Source: Gammaproteobacteria bacterium (GTDB taxonomy: Bacteria > Pseudomonadota > Gammaproteobacteria > SG8-11). Taken from it: a DNA stretch of 62,603 nt. The stretch lies in the NCBI GenBank assembly GCA_030610155.1, contig JAUWSG010000002.1:1-62603 (forward strand), in the 5' to 3' direction. How positions within the stretch are numbered: the stretch's first letter is position 1; every line of letters begins with the position of its first letter. A model generated the notes under the pieces. The model had not been told where the DNA came from, did no database searches, and worked only from the letters and a program-made list of their open reading frames with translations. Positions 56,988 to 62,603 of this stretch are shown one piece after another. A program made the translations under genes and the position numbers.

Positions 56988-57763
56988 GTACCTGCCTGAT
57001 TCAATGGCATAACTGGCGCTGGCGCGGCCCTGGCGCATACCCAAACCTGCACATCATCCACGCCTGCTGCCACCAGCATGCGTGCGAACTCATTGACCGT
57101 ATGTGTTGTTGTCATCACATCATCAACAATGGCGACGCTTTTGATTCGTCCGGGATGATCAAACTCAAACGCACCGCGCACATTGCGACGCCGCTCATCT
57201 GCCGGCAATAAAGACTGCACCGAGGTCGGGCGATTTCGATGGCTATGTTTAAAATCAATCGGAATGGCTAATTTCCTTGCAATTGGGCGCGCCAGTTCCA
57301 GCGCCTGGTTAAATCCACGTTCCCGCAAGCGCATCCGGCTTAATGGGACCGGCACAATCAGCTGCGGTCTTTGCTCCAGCTGATCTTCCAACGCATCGGC
57401 CATCACACCACCCAGCAACGCGGCGTAAGCCAGCTTGCGATGAAATTTAAGAGCCTGAATCAGGTGGGCAACCGGCTCTGAATAATGAAATGTCGCCCTG
57501 CATTTTGAATAAAATGGTTCTTGTTTCAAACAGTTACCACACACACTACCCTGATGAACAAGGGGCATAGCACAGATCGTACAGGCGCTAGTAGAAATAA
57601 AGGGTAAATCTGTTAAACAAGCAAAACACAGCTGCCCCCCAGGTTCCGCATTGGCCCCACACAAGACACAGGCGGCTGGCAACAGTTTATAATGCATATT
57701 ACTTAGCCATTCGTTAACCATATAGCGCCCGCGATGTTGACAGATAGATGCCGTCGAGTACAC
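56984..57763 (-). CDS. comF: ComF/GntX-family phosphoribosyltransferase-like protein
   Basis: N-terminal Cys-rich zinc-finger region (CVLCG...CFAC...CTIC...CGNC). C-terminal PRTase motif VAIVDDVMTT. The true start may be Met15 at 57721. Confidence 0.85.
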   Translation of the reverse strand: MYSTASICQHRGRYMVNEWLSNMHYKLLPAACVLCGANAEPGGQLCFACLTDLPFISTSACTICAMPLVHQGSVCGNCLKQEPFYSKCRATFHYSEPVAHLIQALKFHRKLAYAALLGGVMADALEDQLEQRPQLIVPVPLSRMRLRERGFNQALELARPIARKLAIPIDFKHSHRNRPTSVQSLLPADERRRNVRGAFEFDHPGRIKSVAIVDDVMTTTHTVNEFARMLVAAGVDDVQVWVCARAAPAPVMPLNQAGT

Positions 57764-57816
57764 TTAGCGCACTGTTTAAGCCCTTCAAAATCTTAAAAAA
57801 ATAGACGGAACACACC

Positions 57817-58875
57817 ATGATGAACGATGCCACCTATCGACAAATTGATACTCTAACTCAAGCCATCCTTAACGGAGCTGACATCAGTGCTGAAGATGGA
57901 CTCTGGCTGCTCAAGCTGGATCACGATTATCTGCCCTGGTTAATGGCATCCGCGGACCGACTCCGCAAGACCTTCCGCGGCAACGAAATAGAAGTTTGTG
58001 CGATTTCAAATGTGCGGTCTGGTAATTGTTCTGAAAATTGTTCTTTTTGCGCGCAAAGCGGTCACCACAAGACCAGCGCACCGGCTTATAACTATATTTC
58101 TGACGAAGAACTTGCAGACCAGGCCAACCAGGCGCGCCAATGGGGCGCCAGTGATTTCGGTGTTGTCTCAAAAGGCTGGGGAGTCCGCTCAGAAAAAGAA
58201 CATACTGCACTTAGCAGCTACTTTAAAACACTCGAGGGATCATCCGATATTGGCCGTTGTGCCAGCCTGGGTGTATTGGACAAAAATACGGCCACGACCC
58301 TGAAAGGCTACGGACTGGAAAATTATCACCATAACCTGGAAACAGCCGAAAGCTATTTTGACAAGGTATGTACATCACACACTTACCAGGAAAACATTGA
58401 CACCATCAAGCACGCTCACGATGCCGGACTGCGTGTTTGTGCCGGCGGCATACTCGGCATGGGTGAAACAGTGGAACAACGCATTGAGTTAGCCACTACA
58501 CTTCGTGATCTGGGCGTTGAATCTGTACCGCTTAATTTTCTTAATCCACAGGAAGGCACGCCATTCAGCCATATCACCCCGATGAAACCCTATGACATCC
58601 TGCAAAACATCGCTGTATTTCGTTTCATGCTGCCCAGGGCAGAAATTCGTATCGCCGGTGGCCGTAGCTTTCTTGGTGATCTGCAATCAATGATTTTCAT
58701 GGCAGGTGCTTCAGGTGTCATGATCGGTAACTACCTCACAACCAAAGGTCGTGAAGTCGAGGATGATTTACAAATGTTCAAGGCGCTTAAACTGGAAATT
58801 CGTGATGGCACTCAAAAGAAACGTGCCGCTACTGAAACCACGCCATCTTTAACAACCGCTACAACAACTGCTTAA
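57817..58875 (+). CDS. bioB: Biotin synthase
   Basis: Radical-SAM CSENCSFC motif and ...YHHNLET... Confidence 0.95.
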   Translation: MMNDATYRQIDTLTQAILNGADISAEDGLWLLKLDHDYLPWLMASADRLRKTFRGNEIEVCAISNVRSGNCSENCSFCAQSGHHKTSAPAYNYISDEELADQANQARQWGASDFGVVSKGWGVRSEKEHTALSSYFKTLEGSSDIGRCASLGVLDKNTATTLKGYGLENYHHNLETAESYFDKVCTSHTYQENIDTIKHAHDAGLRVCAGGILGMGETVEQRIELATTLRDLGVESVPLNFLNPQEGTPFSHITPMKPYDILQNIAVFRFMLPRAEIRIAGGRSFLGDLQSMIFMAGASGVMIGNYLTTKGREVEDDLQMFKALKLEIRDGTQKKRAATETTPSLTTATTTA

Positions 58876-58906
58876 TAGCCGAAACATTTTCAATACCAGT
58901 AGAAAA

Positions 58907-60067
58907 ATGGACGTTGCGCAGGAAAAATTAAAGTCAGATCTTGCACAACGTCATGCTGACCATCTTTACCGCTCTCGACAAACCATCGATGGCCCGCAAG
59001 GCGCCAGAATCATTATCGATGGAAAAAAATATTTAAACTTTAGCAGCAATGATTACCTGGGCCTTGCAAACCATCCCGATGTTATTAAAGCCTTGCAACA
59101 GGGCGCTGAAAAATATGGTGTTGGTAGTGGAGCAGCCCACCTTATCAGTGGCCATAGCATGGCACATCATGTGCTGGAAGAAGAGCTTGCCAACTTCACA
59201 GGCCGACAACGCGCCTTATTATTCTCAACAGGTTACATGGCTAACCTTGGCGTACTCTCCAGCTTGCTGCAAAAAGGTGACGCGATATTCGAAGACAAAT
59301 TTAATCATGCCTCCATGATAGACGGTGGCTTGTTAAGCGGCGCACGGTTACAACGTTATTTGCATAATGACACTCACAGTCTTGAAAAAAAGCTGGCCGC
59401 CAGTTCCGCTGATACAAAGCTGGTTGCCACCGACGGCATATTCAGCATGGATGGTGATGCCGCACCACTAAAAGAAATCGCAAACATCACAAAAAAGCAT
59501 TCTGCCTGGTTTATGGTCGACGATGCGCATGGTCTGGGCGTCATTGGCGAACAGGGCAAAGGCACACTGGCACATCAAAACCTGACGACCGACGATGTGC
59601 CTGTATTGATGGGCACATTAGGCAAGGCCTTTGGCACTTTCGGCGCGTTTATTGCCGGTGATGAAACATTGATTGAAACCCTGATCCAGAAAGCACGCAC
59701 TTATATATACACAACCGCACTGCCACCGGCCATCGCGCACGCGACAAGCACCAGTTTAAAGCTGTTACAAAAAGAATATTGGCGGCGTGAGCACCTGCAA
59801 GATCTCATCAAACAATTTAAACAGGGCGCAATACAATCAGATTTAAAATTGATGCCGTCCGATACTGCGATTCAACCGGTTTTAATCGGCAACGCAGAAA
59901 AAACCCTTTCTATAAAACACAAGCTCCAGGAAAAGGGGTTTATTATCGGGGCAATTCGTACGCCGACCGTGCCGGCAGGCAGTGAACGACTGCGAATCAC
60001 CTTGACCACCTCGCATCAACCAGAAGACGTCGATCAACTTATAGATGCACTGAGACAATCACTGTGA
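58907..60067 (+). CDS. bioF: 8-amino-7-oxononanoate synthase
   Basis: 386-aa PLP enzyme with GTLGKAFG (Lys) and DDAHG. Confidence 0.93.
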   Translation: MDVAQEKLKSDLAQRHADHLYRSRQTIDGPQGARIIIDGKKYLNFSSNDYLGLANHPDVIKALQQGAEKYGVGSGAAHLISGHSMAHHVLEEELANFTGRQRALLFSTGYMANLGVLSSLLQKGDAIFEDKFNHASMIDGGLLSGARLQRYLHNDTHSLEKKLAASSADTKLVATDGIFSMDGDAAPLKEIANITKKHSAWFMVDDAHGLGVIGEQGKGTLAHQNLTTDDVPVLMGTLGKAFGTFGAFIAGDETLIETLIQKARTYIYTTALPPAIAHATSTSLKLLQKEYWRREHLQDLIKQFKQGAIQSDLKLMPSDTAIQPVLIGNAEKTLSIKHKLQEKGFIIGAIRTPTVPAGSERLRITLTTSHQPEDVDQLIDALRQSL

Positions 60068-60843
60068 GCTTACATATAGAGACTCAAGGGCAGGGCGAAG
60101 ACATTGTGCTGTTACACGGCTGGGGATTTCATGGTGACATATGGGAATCTGTTGTTAGTAAACTGAAGAAAAACTACCGGGTCACCTGTGTTGATTTGCC
60201 GGGATATGCCCGCAGCCAAAAGGCTCATGATAACAGTAAGGCAATTTCATTAGATGAAATCACAGATATCGGGGCACAAAACGTACCCGATCGCGCCACC
60301 TGGGCTGGCTGGTCTCTTGGCGGCCTGCTCGCATTAAACCAGGCGATTAAACACCCGGAATCAATTATCAAACTGATACTGATTTCAAGCACACCCCAGT
60401 TTACACAAGCTGATGACTGGACATGCGCCATTCCTGGAGAATTTCTGCATACTTTCGAGGAAGAACTTGAGAATGACTACCAGGGCATCATCACCCGTTT
60501 CCTTTCATTACAGGCCAAGGGCTGTCCGGACGCAAGAGAACAAATTCGAGACCTTCAGGCACAAATATTTAAACATGGTCATCCGCCGATAGAGACCTTA
60601 CGCAACGGACTTGCACTGTTGCAACAAACCAATCTACGGTCCAAACTTGCAACAGTTACAATCCCGACCTTATTAATCGCCGGTGAACACGACAGGCTGG
60701 TCCCACCTGCCGCCATTGAAGCAACACAGCAGGCCATCCCTGACGCAACATCATTTTTTATTCGCAATGCCGGACATGCCCCGTTTCTATCACATCCTGG
60801 CATTGTTACTGACAGAATAATGGCTTTCTTAAACGAACAATAA
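60064..60843 (+). CDS. bioH: Pimeloyl-[ACP] methyl ester esterase
   Basis: Alpha/beta hydrolase with HGWG and GWSLGG. Sits between bioF and bioC. Confidence 0.88.
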   Translation: MSLHIETQGQGEDIVLLHGWGFHGDIWESVVSKLKKNYRVTCVDLPGYARSQKAHDNSKAISLDEITDIGAQNVPDRATWAGWSLGGLLALNQAIKHPESIIKLILISSTPQFTQADDWTCAIPGEFLHTFEEELENDYQGIITRFLSLQAKGCPDAREQIRDLQAQIFKHGHPPIETLRNGLALLQQTNLRSKLATVTIPTLLIAGEHDRLVPPAAIEATQQAIPDATSFFIRNAGHAPFLSHPGIVTDRIMAFLNEQ

Positions 60844-60849
60844 TAGATC

Positions 60850-61755
60850 ATGGACAATAATAGTTACCAACTGGATAAGTCACTGGTTCGCGCCTCTTTC
60901 GACAGGGCCGCGCCACATTATGAAAAAGTTGCAGTGCTTCAACGTGAAGTTGGACAACGCATGATGCAGCGGCTGGAACTAATTAAAATAACACCTGACC
61001 AGGTCCTTGATATTGGATCTGGCACAGGAGTACAAAGCAATTTACTTGCCGAGCGTTTTCAGCACGCGCAGATTACCTCGATGGATCTTTCCATTAACAT
61101 GCTACAACAAGGCAGGAAGAAGTCCCCCCAACCGCACGAACACACTCACACAATCAAACATGTTTGTGGTGATGCGGAGCGCTTGCCGTTTGCCAATGAA
61201 AGCGTTGACTTTATATTTTCAAACCTGACTTTGCAATGGTGCAACAATCTGGACTATACATTCTTTGAATTTCAACGCGTGTTAAAACCAGGTGGCTTAT
61301 TGTTATTCTCCACGTTGGGGCCGGATACCTTACATGAATTGCGCGCCAGCTGGCAAAGTGTCGACGACCACAGCCATGTCAATGCATTTATGGACATGCA
61401 TGACATAGGTGATGGCCTGATGCGATTTCTGTTTGCAGACCCGGTCATGGATGTCGAAAATATCACCCTGACTTATCAGGACACCTATAAACTAATGAAA
61501 GATTTAAAAACTCTGGGCGCTCATAATGTCACCGCAGGACGACCAGCCGGCCTGATGACAAAAAGTCGTTTATTAAAAATGCAAGCGGCCTATGAACAAT
61601 ACAGGAACAATGGCGTATTACCGGCCAGCTATGAAGTCATCTATGGCCATGCCTGGAAGGCGGATGAAAATGAAACGGCAATTAAAAAAATACCACGCAG
61701 ACGACAGGAAGTCGTCACAGTTTCCATGTCAGAAATTAAACGACATACAGATTAA
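60850..61755 (+). CDS. bioC: Malonyl-[ACP] O-methyltransferase
   Basis: SAM motif VLDIGSGTG and ...LQWCNNL.... Confidence 0.88.
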   Translation: MDNNSYQLDKSLVRASFDRAAPHYEKVAVLQREVGQRMMQRLELIKITPDQVLDIGSGTGVQSNLLAERFQHAQITSMDLSINMLQQGRKKSPQPHEHTHTIKHVCGDAERLPFANESVDFIFSNLTLQWCNNLDYTFFEFQRVLKPGGLLLFSTLGPDTLHELRASWQSVDDHSHVNAFMDMHDIGDGLMRFLFADPVMDVENITLTYQDTYKLMKDLKTLGAHNVTAGRPAGLMTKSRLLKMQAAYEQYRNNGVLPASYEVIYGHAWKADENETAIKKIPRRRQEVVTVSMSEIKRHTD

Positions 61756-61772
61756 AATACAGGTGGCACGCA

Positions 61773-62447
61773 ATGACTAAAGGATTTTTTATCACCGGCA
61801 CCGATACGGACGTAGGCAAAACCCGGATAGCGCTGGGGCTAATAAACAAACTTAACACCATGGGCCACACGACCACCGTGATGAAACCGCTGTCTGCGGG
61901 TTGCGACTCAACGCCCGACGGCCTGAGAAATGATGACGCCGTTCAACTGATTCAACAAGCAAGCTTCAAACCTGACTACGACAAAGTCAACCCATACGCT
62001 TTTAAACCCGCCATTGCGCCACATCTGGCAGCAGAAAAAGAAAACACTGTAATAGATCTATCCAGAATAAAAAATATTTTTGATGAGCTTTCAGCACAAG
62101 CTGACTATATCGTCGTTGAGGGTGCTGGCGGCTGGAAAGTGCCAATCAACAAACAGCAAACGATGGCTGAACTTGCCAGCGCATTAGCACTGCCGGTAAT
62201 ACTCGTGACCGGTATGCGCCTCGGCTGTCTGAATCACGCCATACTCACAATCGAAAGCATACAACATGCCGGCATTCCGATCGCTGGCTGGATTGCCAAC
62301 ACGCTGTCAAAAGACTTTACAGAGCTGGATGCCAATATAAAGACATTGAAAGAACACCTTGAAATTCCATTTCTGGGCACTGTTCCTTATATGGAGAAAT
62401 GCGAACCACAACTAACAGGACAATATATAAATATCAGTAACGCTTAA
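61773..62447 (+). CDS. bioD: Dethiobiotin synthetase
   Basis: GTDTDVGKT P-loop and VEGAGGW. Confidence 0.93.
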   Translation: MTKGFFITGTDTDVGKTRIALGLINKLNTMGHTTTVMKPLSAGCDSTPDGLRNDDAVQLIQQASFKPDYDKVNPYAFKPAIAPHLAAEKENTVIDLSRIKNIFDELSAQADYIVVEGAGGWKVPINKQQTMAELASALALPVILVTGMRLGCLNHAILTIESIQHAGIPIAGWIANTLSKDFTELDANIKTLKEHLEIPFLGTVPYMEKCEPQLTGQYINISNA

Positions 62448-62489
62448 GCCTGAATCAACAAGAATATCAAATGTTGTTATTAAATATTG

Positions 62490-62603
62490 TTATTTTCTGA
62501 TTTTTCGCAAGCGAAACAAACCATTCACGCCACTATCACTGGTAAAATACAATGCACCATCCGGCCCCATTGCCACACCAACAGGTCGTGCAATTCGATC
62601 ACC
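62490..62603 (-). CDS. C-terminal 37 codons of a PQQ-dependent sugar dehydrogenase-like beta-propeller protein (5' end outside window)
   Basis: My minus-strand translation is GDRIARPVGVAMGPDGALYFTSDSGVNGLFRLRKIRK*. The RPVGVA.GPDGALY block is typical of soluble glucose/sorbosone dehydrogenases. Confidence 0.55.
   Translation of the reverse strand, partial: GDRIARPVGVAMGPDGALYFTSDSGVNGLFRLRKIRK

Noticed and set aside
57722-57816. BirA operator (bioO) in the comF/bioB divergent region
   Set aside because: I looked for a TTGTAAACC-N-GGTTTACAA-type or TGTTAACC-type inverted repeat. Only an isolated gttaac was found and no convincing dyad.

Overview
62.6-kb chromosomal window from a moderately AT-rich gammaproteobacterium. 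The taxon call rests on synteny blocks: yibN-grxC-secB-gpsA, gpmI-envC-ctpA, rdgB-rph, rpmBG, comF/bioBFHCD and yiaWV. About 60 protein genes are supported. I recognised no tRNA, rRNA, CRISPR array, IS element, integrase or phage gene. Housekeeping genes are interleaved with respiratory and sulfur-related genes: a cytoplasmic Mo-bisPGD oxidoreductase (partial), napDAB, sat, a rhodanese with a YgaV-like ArsR regulator, and a LysR-DoxX-YqjG-pirin set. c-di-GMP signalling genes are also present: a REC-REC-GGDEF regulator, a cNMP/HDOD protein and an MshEN-type ATPase. Two accessory modules stand out. (1) 11.8-15.1 kb holds a pceABC-like respiratory reductive dehalogenase cluster (Tat-RdhA, 3-TM RdhB, FMN/CX3CP RdhC, small TM ORF). 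It is divergent from napDAB, and a decayed duplicate of the cNMP/HDOD gene's 5' region lies directly upstream of rdhA. (2) 28.9-39.7 kb holds a tightly coupled nine-gene MSHA-like type IV filament operon with rearranged, reduced content and two paralogous atypical pilin-like proteins. Intergenic DNA carries several families of short repeats. These include inverted-repeat elements whose arms are built from 9-bp periodic units (cgcaaag, cacggag and ccccgtg cores) and gtcattcc-type hairpins. A thrice-repeated putative TetR operator brackets a second LpxR paralog. All family assignments come from motifs read by eye and from remembered homologs; no searches were run.
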